From Candidatus Microgenomates bacterium (GTDB lineage Bacteria; Patescibacteriota; Microgenomatia; UBA8517): DNA of 64,000 nt. Where the stretch lies: positions 542,809 through 606,808 of the forward strand of contig JBEKNE010000001.1 of NCBI GenBank assembly GCA_049523135.1, read 5' to 3'. The translations under genes were made by a program, and so were the position numbers. Positions 42,671 to 52,449 of this stretch are shown here, piece by piece (position 1 is the stretch's first letter; the number at the start of each line of letters is the position of its first letter). The notes under the pieces were generated by a model. The model had not been told where the DNA came from and searched no databases. It was given only the letters and a program-made list of their open reading frames with translations.

Positions 42671-42786
42671 CCACCCTCCATTCCGGCAATAACATATTGT
42701 AATTATAGGGTATATCATGCCCTCCTCCCCTGCCTGTGTGTCTGTCCAAAAAAATGAAAATTGATAATTATTAATTGAAAATTGTT

Positions 42787-43557
42787 TCAACCACCCCAAT
42801 GGGTTGCAAAAAACATTGCAATGAAGATAATAGATCCGACAATAACGTGTTCCCTGACGGTCGAGGAAAAAAGCCGCTCTTCAAGCTTGGCCTGACCCAA
42901 GCCTAATAGCATATAAAAAGAGGCTGTCAAAAATAAAGAGCCCGTGGTTACGGAAATCGGCCAAAAGTATAGAGCTAAAGCGACCTCAGCGGTAATAAGA
43001 GAAGAGACTCCGGAAAGTATGAAAAGTTCCTTAGAAAAACCTGTATCCAATAGCATTGACCAAAATCCCTGAAGGTAAAGCGGGAAGGTAATGATAAAGG
43101 TTAGAGGCACCAAAACATACATCTCAGATTTTAATGATATTAAAGCGTCGAAAACAAGGAAAGAAGTCAGAAGGGTGAGTACAAAACCTACTCCCCTAGC
43201 CGCCCGCAAAAGGGCGATAGTTCTAACAGAAGCAACCGAATAAATATTTGCGGTTAAACACAAAACGTAAATTCCTACACCATAAAAAATAACAATCGGG
43301 ATAGTTGCAAAAATATTGGCGGGGAGAAGGAACCAGAAAAATCCGACGCCAAGTGTAAAAATAACCGGCAGTGCCAATGTCAAAAGTGTCATGTTCCTGC
43401 CCAGGCTTTCGAAAAGGGCCCAGCCGAAAAAAACCGCAGTTAAAATTCCCAATATTCCGATAGACCAAAGTCTGTTCTGATCGTTCAAAAACTGGACACC
43501 GACAAAACCAAGACAAAGAAGAAGAGAAATTATTACAAAACGCCGGCGTTTACTCAT
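42787..43557 (-). CDS. Hypothetical polytopic membrane protein (about 7 TM)
   Basis: Hydrophobic segments throughout; no catalytic motif recognised. Confidence 0.45.
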   Translation of the reverse strand: MSKRRRFVIISLLLCLGFVGVQFLNDQNRLWSIGILGILTAVFFGWALFESLGRNMTLLTLALPVIFTLGVGFFWFLLPANIFATIPIVIFYGVGIYVLCLTANIYSVASVRTIALLRAARGVGFVLTLLTSFLVFDALISLKSEMYVLVPLTFIITFPLYLQGFWSMLLDTGFSKELFILSGVSSLITAEVALALYFWPISVTTGSLFLTASFYMLLGLGQAKLEERLFSSTVREHVIVGSIIFIAMFFATHWGG

Positions 43558-43559
43558 AT

Positions 43560-44300
43560 TTAGGCAGAAATTTGATTTATCACACTATCAGGAATATCCA
43601 AATTGGTGAAAACGTTTTGGACATCATCATGGCTTTCCAACTCGTCCAAAAACTTCATTGCTTTTGCGGCAGTAGCGGAATCCGTAATTGTTTGTAAATT
43701 CAATGGTCTCATTTGCAATTCCGCCCCCGAAACTTCAAAACCCTGTTCAACTAATTTCTTCTGAATCTGCATAAGCTGGTCCGGCGCAACATAAACTTCA
43801 AACTCCGCACCAGCATCCTGTATATCCTCCGCTCCGGCATCAATAAGAGCAAGTTGCTGAGTATCGGGGTCGGGATTTTTCTTAACAATCATAAATCCCT
43901 TGCTTTCAAAATTAAAAGCAACGGCATTGGGACCGGCAAGGTTACCCCCTTCCCTTTCAAAAACATTTTTAATTTCCTGAGCGGTTCTGTTTTTATTATC
44001 ACTCATAACTTCAACCATCACTGAAATTCCGCCAGGGCCAAAACCTTCATAGGTAATTTCCTCCAAATTGGCGGCTTCCGTTGTTGCCTTGGCAATTGCC
44101 CTTTCAATATTTTCTTTGGGCATACTAGCCTCTCGCGCTTTATCAATTTCAAAACGAAGCTTGAAGTTCATGTCAGGGTCAGGACCGCCTTTTGCGGCAA
44201 TCATAATGGCACGGGCCATCTTGGAGAACATGTTTCCTTTGGCTGCATCATTAACTGCCTTCTGGCGCTTAATTGTGGCGTAATGAGAATGTCCGCTCAT
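43560..44300 (-). CDS. yebC: YebC/PmpR-family transcriptional regulator
   Basis: MSGHSHYATIKRQKAVNDAAKGNMFSKMARAIMIAAKGGPDPDMNFKLR is the classic YebC N-terminus. Confidence 0.85.
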   Translation of the reverse strand: MSGHSHYATIKRQKAVNDAAKGNMFSKMARAIMIAAKGGPDPDMNFKLRFEIDKAREASMPKENIERAIAKATTEAANLEEITYEGFGPGGISVMVEVMSDNKNRTAQEIKNVFEREGGNLAGPNAVAFNFESKGFMIVKKNPDPDTQQLALIDAGAEDIQDAGAEFEVYVAPDQLMQIQKKLVEQGFEVSGAELQMRPLNLQTITDSATAAKAMKFLDELESHDDVQNVFTNLDIPDSVINQISA

Positions 44301-44352
44301 ACTTGGTTGTATTATATCGAAGTTTTCCTTAAGAAAAAAGCCTCAAGCTCAA

Positions 44353-46779
44353 TCAGGGGGCTACTTCGCGCCAAACGGAGGGCTTATTGGCGAGACTTGT
44401 AGGGAACATCAGCTCAATATCAGGAGCATACTCAAAAAGTTCGGAAGGGTTCGAATTGTCGGCCAATTCTCTTTGAAGATTTACTCCCCCGTAAGCTGCC
44501 ACACTCCCTCTTATCCAAAGTTCGGAATCAGTTTTTGTTCCACCTGTTCCCGTATTAAAAGTTCCATCAGCAACATAAACTCCCTCAAGGTTTGCCGTCG
44601 CTCCCCCGCCAACACTCGGATCTATATTAATATTTCCACTGGTTACTCCAAGGAAAAATCCTGCACCTTTTGTAAAATTAATATTTCCGGCAATATTTAA
44701 ATCTGCCCCGTTAACTATCAAGATAACTTTCCTGTCACCAAGACTTACATTAGAAGAGATGGTCAATGGAAGTCCTGTTTTGGTTCCGTCATATTCATAA
44801 TAATAGTAACCCCTATCGAGTATTCCCCCGCTTGTAAAGAAACTGCCGTCAACTGATGCGTTAGTGACATTCGCATTATCATTTAATACGGTAGCTACAT
44901 CAGACGGGACCGCATTCAAAAAATAAGTTGAGTTATATAATCTTGAAGCAGAATAAGGAGAATTTGCCAACCAACCAAACGGCGGATTAGTGGATACATC
45001 CGTTGTTTTTAAATCAGTGCTTCCGGCGTACATCGGAACTCCCGGGTATCCCCCATTTCCGGGAAGATCAAAAAAATCTCCACTTGAAACACCTGTTAAC
45101 AAATCTCCGTTTGTTGTCACATCCCCATCCTTTGCCTGCCAGTGAGGACCGGCAGTAATAGTCGTATAGGGTATTGTAGACGAACACAAGTAAGTACCGT
45201 TTTGTGTCACAGTAGAACTAATCTTGTTGGAACCTGCGGAATATGCTGTGACCGTAGTAGCATTTAACGTACTCGCAGAAATTACCGGAGAAATTTCATA
45301 AGTCATAAGACTATAAACATTACTAGCATCCCAACTAAATGGAACATTCATACTTGTTCCAACTTCAGAATCGGCCGTGTTTGAATTTCTATCTTCAACC
45401 GCTATTAAACCGGATGTCCTTGCATTGGCATACGCAACATTGGTAAATCCGCTTCCAAAAGTAACATGCGGGTTTAGAGCAACACCCAAACTGCCAACAA
45501 TTAAAGAACCTGAATAACTCGGAGTAACATCTCCGGTAACGCTTTTGCCGGATCCTGTCGTTGAGACAAGATTCAGGATTCCATTGACACTGGCTGCATT
45601 GGAATATGCCACAACGCCAATTGCGGCATGCCCGCTTGATGAAAGCGTTGCGGTAATAACTTCATTTGAGAGAGTCCCTGTTGAATAGGCATACCATAGT
45701 TCAAGATTTTCCGACGTACCTGCTGTTTGAGCACTGAGTTTGATCCAATTAAGACCGGATGACGTAACAGAACTTACAGTCCTGGTACTTGAATCCGTCG
45801 ATATGCTTGCCACCAAAAGATCATTACCATTGCTTGTCGAAATAGTGGTACTCACCGTGGTACCCCCATAACTATTTCCACCGTCGGCTGAAGCATCAAG
45901 AGATACTGGAGTATTGAAATTTTGTGTAACGGCAGGATTGAAAGAAACTGAGTTTCCTTCATCCGCATATGTCACTGTTGCACCTGTTAATCCACCGGTT
46001 AAGGTTTCCAACTGTGCTGATTGCCCGGCCACCAAATTGAGGCTCGCAGGACTTATATTGCAAGAGGAAAGGGCAGGAACCATTGCATACTTATTGCAAC
46101 TATTGTTATTAAAGCTAACAACCGACCAATAGTAAAGAGTATTGGGAGTAAGAACGTTACCGGTTGTATAAGAAGTTGCTGTTTTTGAAAGTTTCGCATT
46201 TACCACACAACTATTCGAACTGGAGCAGTTATTAAGAACCTGGTTTATATCGGTTCCTACATAAACATATTGATTGCCACTCACAGATCCCGGTGTCCAT
46301 GTGACCGTAGCATTTGTGGAAGAAATCGGAGTTACAAGTAAATTTTTGGCTGCGGAGGCCGAACAACAAGCCGCCGCACAATTGGAGGTACTCTTACAAC
46401 CGCAGGAACAACACGTCGCACTATCACAACAATTCTGTGAACCACAATTATTACTTTCTCCCGCGGGGGGGGTACATTGGGTACTTCCGTTACCTGTGCA
46501 CCGAGAAGTACAAGAATATACATGAAACCAACAATAATCACCTTTTGAATCGCTACCATACCCATCTACAGAAACACCTGCACTTCCACCTGTTATATTG
46601 ATACACCGTTCTTGACAGTTAAGACTATAACAATAAAATGAAGGATCATTTTTATAGCACTTAGTATCAGGAAGATATGCGGTACAACCTGCGTATATTA
46701 CTTTAGGAACAAACAAAAAGATAAAGCCCAAAAAAACGAAGAAAAAAGTAAAACTACCTTTAAACCAAATTTTCCTCAT
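44353..46779 (-). CDS. Large secreted Cys-rich surface protein (N-terminal Cys-rich module, FN3-like and lectin/LamG-like regions)
   Basis: Signal peptide; CGSQNCCDSATCCSCGCKSTSNCAAACCSASAAKN; LLVTPISSTNATVTWTP (FN3-like); 808 aa. Contains a C8 homopolymer tract (plus-strand G8 at 46465-46472). Confidence 0.55.
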   Translation of the reverse strand: MRKIWFKGSFTFFFVFLGFIFLFVPKVIYAGCTAYLPDTKCYKNDPSFYCYSLNCQERCINITGGSAGVSVDGYGSDSKGDYCWFHVYSCTSRCTGNGSTQCTPPAGESNNCGSQNCCDSATCCSCGCKSTSNCAAACCSASAAKNLLVTPISSTNATVTWTPGSVSGNQYVYVGTDINQVLNNCSSSNSCVVNAKLSKTATSYTTGNVLTPNTLYYWSVVSFNNNSCNKYAMVPALSSCNISPASLNLVAGQSAQLETLTGGLTGATVTYADEGNSVSFNPAVTQNFNTPVSLDASADGGNSYGGTTVSTTISTSNGNDLLVASISTDSSTRTVSSVTSSGLNWIKLSAQTAGTSENLELWYAYSTGTLSNEVITATLSSSGHAAIGVVAYSNAASVNGILNLVSTTGSGKSVTGDVTPSYSGSLIVGSLGVALNPHVTFGSGFTNVAYANARTSGLIAVEDRNSNTADSEVGTSMNVPFSWDASNVYSLMTYEISPVISASTLNATTVTAYSAGSNKISSTVTQNGTYLCSSTIPYTTITAGPHWQAKDGDVTTNGDLLTGVSSGDFFDLPGNGGYPGVPMYAGSTDLKTTDVSTNPPFGWLANSPYSASRLYNSTYFLNAVPSDVATVLNDNANVTNASVDGSFFTSGGILDRGYYYYEYDGTKTGLPLTISSNVSLGDRKVILIVNGADLNIAGNINFTKGAGFFLGVTSGNINIDPSVGGGATANLEGVYVADGTFNTGTGGTKTDSELWIRGSVAAYGGVNLQRELADNSNPSELFEYAPDIELMFPTSLANKPSVWREVAP

Positions 46780-46837
46780 AATCTAAACTAATACCATTAT
46801 GCAAAAGGATCATGAATAACACAATACCAACTATTAA

Positions 46838-47848
46838 TTATGGATTTACAATCGTCGGGGCTGAAGTTGGTGTTGCAGTATTATAACCTTGACTTTCACT
46901 TATAAAAGTTTGAGCATCAACATCAATATAAATAGAGGAGTATTTTTTATCGGGTGTTTCGAAAGTTAATAATGTTCCACCTTTGACGCCACCCACATAA
47001 TCAATAGAAACACTAAAGAAATCCTTATCTGATGAAGGAGGATCGATCTCCGTACCTGGTGCCCAACCAACAATTTTTTTAACACCAGCATAGTAACTAT
47101 AGGCATCTTTAGTTTTAAGCCATGCGTCCATACCTTCAAGATTATTCCTGTCAATATTCTTCCAGAGAGAATTTTTGGCCATGTAGTCCAAAGCTTCCTG
47201 AGTTGTATCAAACTTATCTACTGTAAAAGTTCCACCATCTGTTAGTGGTAGATCAATTGTTTCCTGAGGCTTCTCGGTTGGAGTGGAAGTTTCTGTTGGA
47301 GTTAAAGTTTTTGTTGGGGTAAATGTAGTTTCAGGAGTACGGGTAAGCGTTGGGGAAGAAATAGGGGTATGAGTTACTTCTGTGATAGCAGGAGAAGTTG
47401 CCGTAAATTCATAATTTTGTCCGGTATTTCTTTCTCCATTACAACTTGCAGCAAGGGTAGCAACAAGGCCGGCTGTAACAACTGCTTTGGCAAGACGTCC
47501 CTCTTTGGTTTGGAGATATCGGGCAAGTCCCAGAAAGTTTTCTTTTAGTCCTTCCGCATATTCTTGCAGTTTTGCTAAAAGGTGAGAATAATTTTGAGTA
47601 ACCGCTTCTAAATTTACTGCTGCCGCAAGGAACGGATCCCCAAGAGTTCTCCCTCCAAAGTTTACTATTTCAACCTGAGAAGCGGCACTTCTTAGCTCTT
47701 TTTCATTTCCTATCGGGCCAGCATTAAGGCTTGGAACACCGTGCTCTCTGGCAAATCTGTGAACAAAATCAGGGCTTAGCTTATCTTCAAAGCTAATAAC
47801 CTGAGTGCTTTCTAAATTCAAACTATCTACTTCCATTTCTACTCCCAT
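46838..47848 (-). CDS. Hypothetical protein with a Thr/Pro-rich linker
   Basis: 336 aa; TPISSPTLTRTPETTFTPTKTLTPTETSTPTEKP linker. Confidence 0.4.
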   Translation of the reverse strand: MGVEMEVDSLNLESTQVISFEDKLSPDFVHRFAREHGVPSLNAGPIGNEKELRSAASQVEIVNFGGRTLGDPFLAAAVNLEAVTQNYSHLLAKLQEYAEGLKENFLGLARYLQTKEGRLAKAVVTAGLVATLAASCNGERNTGQNYEFTATSPAITEVTHTPISSPTLTRTPETTFTPTKTLTPTETSTPTEKPQETIDLPLTDGGTFTVDKFDTTQEALDYMAKNSLWKNIDRNNLEGMDAWLKTKDAYSYYAGVKKIVGWAPGTEIDPPSSDKDFFSVSIDYVGGVKGGTLLTFETPDKKYSSIYIDVDAQTFISESQGYNTATPTSAPTIVNP

Positions 47849-47975
47849 ATTAGTAGATCAGATAGAACGAAACAATAGCTATAACTTGCAATATTATATA
47901 GCCGGAAGCAAAAACTTTCACAAAAATATCCAAACACTTGACATCCACATTAAAAAAGATCGATAATAATTTGCT

Positions 47976-48389
47976 GTGGCAAAGTATTCTTCTAAAGTTA
48001 ACGGTTTGGGTTTAGTGTTAATAGTTTTTCTATTTTTGGGACTGGTTGTCGCCTCCTATCTTTTGAGTACGGGCAAATTGGCACTGTTTAGATCCGGTGC
48101 ATCATCTATGTTTCTGGCTACCCCAAAACCTACTCCAAAACCAACTCCTAAACCTACTCCAAAACCAACTCCAACTCAAAAACCAAAATTCACTTGTTGG
48201 CTTCTTGCAGGTGAATGGAAAACATATAAAGGAGATTCACTTTATTACCCCTACCGATGTACTGAATCATGTACTACCAATTCCAGTACTCAGAGTTATG
48301 GTGTGGCAGTTGATTATAGAGGTACAGATGCAAAAGGTAGTTTTTGTCAATCCCATTTATATGCATGTAATGCTGCCTGTAACCGTTAA
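47976..48389 (+). CDS. Small secreted Cys-rich protein (paralog of the N-terminal module of the 808-aa protein)
   Basis: N-terminal TM/signal, (PKPT)n linker, then CTESCTTNSSTQSYGVAVDYRGTDAKGSFCQSHLYACNAACN, which aligns with CQERCINITGGSAGVSVDGYGSDSKGDYCWFHVYSCTSRCTG of 44353-46779. Confidence 0.5.
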   Translation: MAKYSSKVNGLGLVLIVFLFLGLVVASYLLSTGKLALFRSGASSMFLATPKPTPKPTPKPTPKPTPTQKPKFTCWLLAGEWKTYKGDSLYYPYRCTESCTTNSSTQSYGVAVDYRGTDAKGSFCQSHLYACNAACNR

Positions 48390-48515
48390 TTATCATCGAT
48401 ATTGCCCGCAAAGGATGTAATGTGTTTGCCTCTGGCTAAAGACCTCATTCAAAATTAAATATTCTCGCAGTTCAATTTATGCTACTATATAATTAGATAG
48501 CAAAATTTCTGCAAA

Positions 48516-49022
48516 ATGGAAGAAGCTACAAATAAAAGAAGTGGAATAATTTTTTGGGCACTGGGAATATTTTTTGTGGTTGCGCTAGTTACGGTTGTGA
48601 TACTTACCTATGACTATACAATCACTCAAATAGCTTGCGGAAAGTCCGCCGCCAACCCCCTATTGATAGTTAACACTTCGGACCTTCCGGCGTCCTATTT
48701 TAGAGAAAATTACAGCTTTAATATTAAATCTACGCTAGTTGGAGCAAGAACTAATTTAACGGCTACTTTCTCAGGCACACCGGAAGGATTGAAAATTGAT
48801 CCCTGTACACTTTCATATAACTCTGATGTCGCTCCTACTCCCAATACTACAATAAGCTGTACTCTAGAAGGACAAGCAACTGTTATATACACATCCGGAT
48901 TTAAAATTACGGGCATATTTTCCGCCCCGGATTTAAAGAAAACCATACAAAAAGATTTTAATTTAGTAGTTACCAAAGACCCATTAGACGCCACAAATCA
49001 ACCAAACCTATATCCTAACTAA
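48516..49022 (+). CDS. Hypothetical membrane-anchored protein
   Basis: N-terminal TM (IIFWALGIFFVVALVTVVILTY). Confidence 0.35.
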   Translation: MEEATNKRSGIIFWALGIFFVVALVTVVILTYDYTITQIACGKSAANPLLIVNTSDLPASYFRENYSFNIKSTLVGARTNLTATFSGTPEGLKIDPCTLSYNSDVAPTPNTTISCTLEGQATVIYTSGFKITGIFSAPDLKKTIQKDFNLVVTKDPLDATNQPNLYPN

Positions 49023-49071
49023 ACCCTCTTGACAACGTCCCCTGCCAACTTATACTCAATAGAAGTTAAAT

Positions 49072-49764
49072 ATGGATACTTCTCCTGCTCAAAAAGCCAT
49101 CAGTTTTGCTCTTTCGGGAAATTGGGAAGAAGCGATAAAGGCAAATCTTGAAATACTAAAAGGAAATCCCGAAGATACCGAAGCCCTTTGCAGACTTGCC
49201 AGAGCCTACACGGAAACCGGAAAAATTCCCCAAGCCCGCACTACAACCAAAAAAGTTTTAGCACTTGATCCGGTTAATCCAATTGCCATAAAGTTTCTGG
49301 AAAAACTGAAAACCGCAAAAGCAGGTAAAAACGCCGTAATTAATCATACTTCTCCGGAATCTTTCTTGGAAGAACCCGGCAAAACAAAGCTTATTTCGCT
49401 TCTAAACTTAGGGGAAAGCAAAAACTTTGCCGGTTTGGACCCGGGAGAAGAAGTAAAACTAGTCCCCTACTCCCATAAAGTTACTATTGATACTATTGAC
49501 GGAAAATACATAGGTCGGCTTCCTGACGATATTGCGGCAAGGCTTAAAAATTTGATAAAAGAAGGAAATAAATATCAGGTATTTATAAAGTCGGTAACTC
49601 CAAAAGAAGTGACAATTTTTGTCAGGGAGGTAGAAAGAGGACCAAAAGCCACCGACATTTCTTCTTTCCCGACGGAAAAAATCGAATATGTTTCCTTTAC
49701 TCCGCCGGAGTTGGTGCATGATAGGCCTCCTATCACAGAAACCGGAGAAGAAACCCCTGATTAA
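49072..49764 (+). CDS. TPR-repeat protein
   Basis: N-terminal TPR-like helices (WEEAIKANLEILKGNPEDTEALCRLARAYTETGKIPQA..ALDPVNP). Confidence 0.5.
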   Translation: MDTSPAQKAISFALSGNWEEAIKANLEILKGNPEDTEALCRLARAYTETGKIPQARTTTKKVLALDPVNPIAIKFLEKLKTAKAGKNAVINHTSPESFLEEPGKTKLISLLNLGESKNFAGLDPGEEVKLVPYSHKVTIDTIDGKYIGRLPDDIAARLKNLIKEGNKYQVFIKSVTPKEVTIFVREVERGPKATDISSFPTEKIEYVSFTPPELVHDRPPITETGEETPD

Positions 49765-50693
49765 AATCTCTTTGCAAAGGCGGCGCCAAGGTGGATATCC
49801 AAATCAAAGTTGCTACTCCCCCTTCCGCCGTCTTTACAGCCAAAAAGTTCGAAAATCTTTTTCATAACTTTGGGGTTATCCCCATAAGCAGTACAATCAC
49901 TATCCTCAGCTACTGTTTTTTTATCAACCGAAACAACCTTGCCTCCAAGCACCTGTAAAATTTGACCAACCGTATCTGAAACTCCCGGGCTTCCCGTTGC
50001 ATCCTCAATGTTTACTCTCAAGTTTCCGTCGCCAAAACTATCATCCGAAAAATAAGATGTAAGACGCTGGGATATCGGACCCGATAATACATAACCCGAC
50101 TGTCCATCAGTTAAAATTTCTTTTTTCAAAAAATCACTCTTACCAAGATTAATTATGCTTCTGCCAAAGTCCTGAATCTTGGCAGCAAAAATTCCCATTG
50201 AAAGCCTGTCGCCAAAAGTTATATTAGTTAGTCCCGGTACAAAAACAAAATGTATGATTCCGGACAAGTTTCCCGTAGAAAGACTACTCGCACTCTCATC
50301 GCACCACAAAAATGAAGGGAACAGAAAATCCTGAGTTACGGTTTCGGGAAGAAGAACCCCGCCGATTTTTTCATTTATCCCAAGCTGCCAAAGATTTTTA
50401 ATTCTCATTGTGCCGTAATTTCTGGCAACATCCGTTTCGGTATCACCCGGAATAATTAAAGTGGTAACCTCGGAAAGACCGGGATCCAGGACAGTTACCC
50501 CGACATCCCCGTTTCCTTCTCTAAATGCAATTGCGGTCTTATCCTGACCATTCCAAACTTTAGTACTTGCTTTCAAAAATAAGAGGACTGCCAAAATTAT
50601 GGCAATAGGGATTAAGATCCTGAAAAACGGAAAACCGGTTTTTGCGGTTTTGTTTTTCCTTTCAATAAAAGCAGTCCTGCGGGCAGATTTCAT
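49761..50693 (-). CDS. LytR-CpsA-Psr (LCP) family cell-envelope phosphotransferase
   Basis: N-terminal TM; VTVLDPGLSEVTTLIIPGDTETDV...GTMRIKNLWQLG matches the LCP core. Confidence 0.55.
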   Translation of the reverse strand: MKSARRTAFIERKNKTAKTGFPFFRILIPIAIILAVLLFLKASTKVWNGQDKTAIAFREGNGDVGVTVLDPGLSEVTTLIIPGDTETDVARNYGTMRIKNLWQLGINEKIGGVLLPETVTQDFLFPSFLWCDESASSLSTGNLSGIIHFVFVPGLTNITFGDRLSMGIFAAKIQDFGRSIINLGKSDFLKKEILTDGQSGYVLSGPISQRLTSYFSDDSFGDGNLRVNIEDATGSPGVSDTVGQILQVLGGKVVSVDKKTVAEDSDCTAYGDNPKVMKKIFELFGCKDGGRGSSNFDLDIHLGAAFAKRF

Positions 50694-50706
50694 ATTTATT
50701 TAAGAA

Positions 50707-52395
50707 TTATTTACTCCTCGAAAGACGCAAACTTTTGGTAACGGCGGAAATATCTTCATTCGATTTCCCCATCGAACCCAAAACACTTCTGACTATGGCC
50801 AGAGCAGCTTCAAATTCGGGCTGAACTACTTTATCAACCTGTAAATCTTTTAATTTATCCCAATCGCTATCCAGATGGGCTCTCGAAATAATTTTTGTAG
50901 CGGGAGCAACCGTCTGAACATATGCAATTAAAGTTTCTTGAGCAATCCTATCGGGAATTGCCAAAATTATGGCCTTGGAATTCCTGATTCCGACAGCTTC
51001 CAACACTTCCGGCTCGGTCGGATCACCATATAAAACAGGAGTTCCGTTTCTTTTTAATTCCTGTACAACATTTTGATTATAGTCAACGACAACAAAAGGA
51101 ATTTCAAAAGTTTGAAAAGCTCTTCCTATCCACTTTCCCATCCTGCCGTAACCACAAATAATAATGTGGTCTTTAAGTTCCTCCGTTCCGGCTTCGTGAT
51201 GCTCACCCGCCGAAAAAATGTGTGCAAGGGCCGGAACACCCGAGGTGACATTCCTTATTTTTCTCCAAAAAGGAAGAACAGAATTATAAAGAATCGGAGA
51301 AATAATTAAGGTCAAAAGTGTTACCGAAATACCGATTGATGTTTCTTCTTTTCCCAAAATTCCAAGAGCAAGAGCCGAAGAAAAAATTACAAAAGCAAAT
51401 TCCCCGACCTGAACAAGACCAAAACTGACGGAAACTGCAGTTCTGCCTTTATATCCAAAAAGCGAACTTATGATAAAAACTATTACCGCCTTCAAAAGTA
51501 TAACTATCAAGGTCAAAACAATAATTAATCCGAGATTGGAAATAATCACTGAAGGACTAACCAAAAACCCCAAAGTTACAAAGAAAAGAGCAACAAAAAG
51601 ATCTCTCAAAGGACGCGTTTCCGCAAAAACTGCGTGATTTTCTTGACTTTCGGAAATTACAATTCCGGCCAGAAATGCTCCCAAAGCCGGTGAAATTCCA
51701 AAAAGAGAAGTTATCGTGGCAGTTCCTAGCGCCATAGCAATGGAAGCCAAAAGCAGGAGTTCTCGGGAGTTTGTTCCCGCCAGAAGATGAATAAAGTAAG
51801 GAACTACAATTTTTGCCAAAATTACGGTTCCGACAATTACCAGTGCGGCTTTAGCCAAAGAAAGAAGAATTGGAGCAATTATTCCTACTGGTAAATTAAC
51901 CGCAAGTATGGGCAAAACAACCATTATGGGGATGACCGCAAGATCCTGAACCAGAGACCAGCCAAGCATTATTTCTCCATGAATTGTGTCGGTTTCTCCC
52001 TTGTCCCCCAAAATTTTTACCAAAACCGCTGTTGAAGAAACGGAAAAACCGATTGACAGAATTATTGCAGGAAGAGATGAAAAACCCAACCCGTGAAGAA
52101 TAAAGTAACCGACAAAACTAAAAAGCACCATCTGGAGGATGGCACCAAAGACTGAAACACTTAAATACTTGGAAAGTTTTTCAAAAGACAGTTCCAGTCC
52201 GACTGAAAAAAGCAGCAAGATTATTCCTATCTGTGCCAAGCCGGATACTTCTTTAAATGACGGCGGAAGAATGGCTCCAACCACAATACCCACAACAATG
52301 TAGCCAACCAAACTCGGGAGTTTTAGAGCTTTGGAGAGAAGTCCTCCAAGACAAGCCGCAACGACAACAAAGAAAAGTCCCAAAACTAGTTCCAT
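50707..52395 (-). CDS. Kef-type monovalent cation:proton antiporter (CPA2) with C-terminal RCK/TrkA-N domain
   Basis: About 12 TM segments followed by HIIICGYGRMGKWIGRAF (Rossmann GxGxxG). Confidence 0.75.
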   Translation of the reverse strand: MELVLGLFFVVVAACLGGLLSKALKLPSLVGYIVVGIVVGAILPPSFKEVSGLAQIGIILLLFSVGLELSFEKLSKYLSVSVFGAILQMVLFSFVGYFILHGLGFSSLPAIILSIGFSVSSTAVLVKILGDKGETDTIHGEIMLGWSLVQDLAVIPIMVVLPILAVNLPVGIIAPILLSLAKAALVIVGTVILAKIVVPYFIHLLAGTNSRELLLLASIAMALGTATITSLFGISPALGAFLAGIVISESQENHAVFAETRPLRDLFVALFFVTLGFLVSPSVIISNLGLIIVLTLIVILLKAVIVFIISSLFGYKGRTAVSVSFGLVQVGEFAFVIFSSALALGILGKEETSIGISVTLLTLIISPILYNSVLPFWRKIRNVTSGVPALAHIFSAGEHHEAGTEELKDHIIICGYGRMGKWIGRAFQTFEIPFVVVDYNQNVVQELKRNGTPVLYGDPTEPEVLEAVGIRNSKAIILAIPDRIAQETLIAYVQTVAPATKIISRAHLDSDWDKLKDLQVDKVVQPEFEAALAIVRSVLGSMGKSNEDISAVTKSLRLSRSK

Positions 52396-52449
52396 GGTAA
52401 ATTCAGTTTAGAATCTATACATCCTCGTGTAAAGTGGATGTGAAAGAAA

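Noticed and set aside
42485-42790. Structured RNA (tmRNA, RNase P RNA or group I intron core) upstream of the LAGLIDADG gene
   Set aside because: The tmRNA 5' GGGG..UUCGAC and 3' tRNA-like end are absent. The RNase P P4 GGAAAGUCCGG is absent. Group I P/Q/R/S-like fragments are out of order. The region is kept only as an unexplained GC-enriched non-coding region.
42569-42799. 76-aa ORF (minus) in the same non-coding region
   Set aside because: Low-complexity, Cys/Trp-rich composition with no SD or start context; likely spurious.
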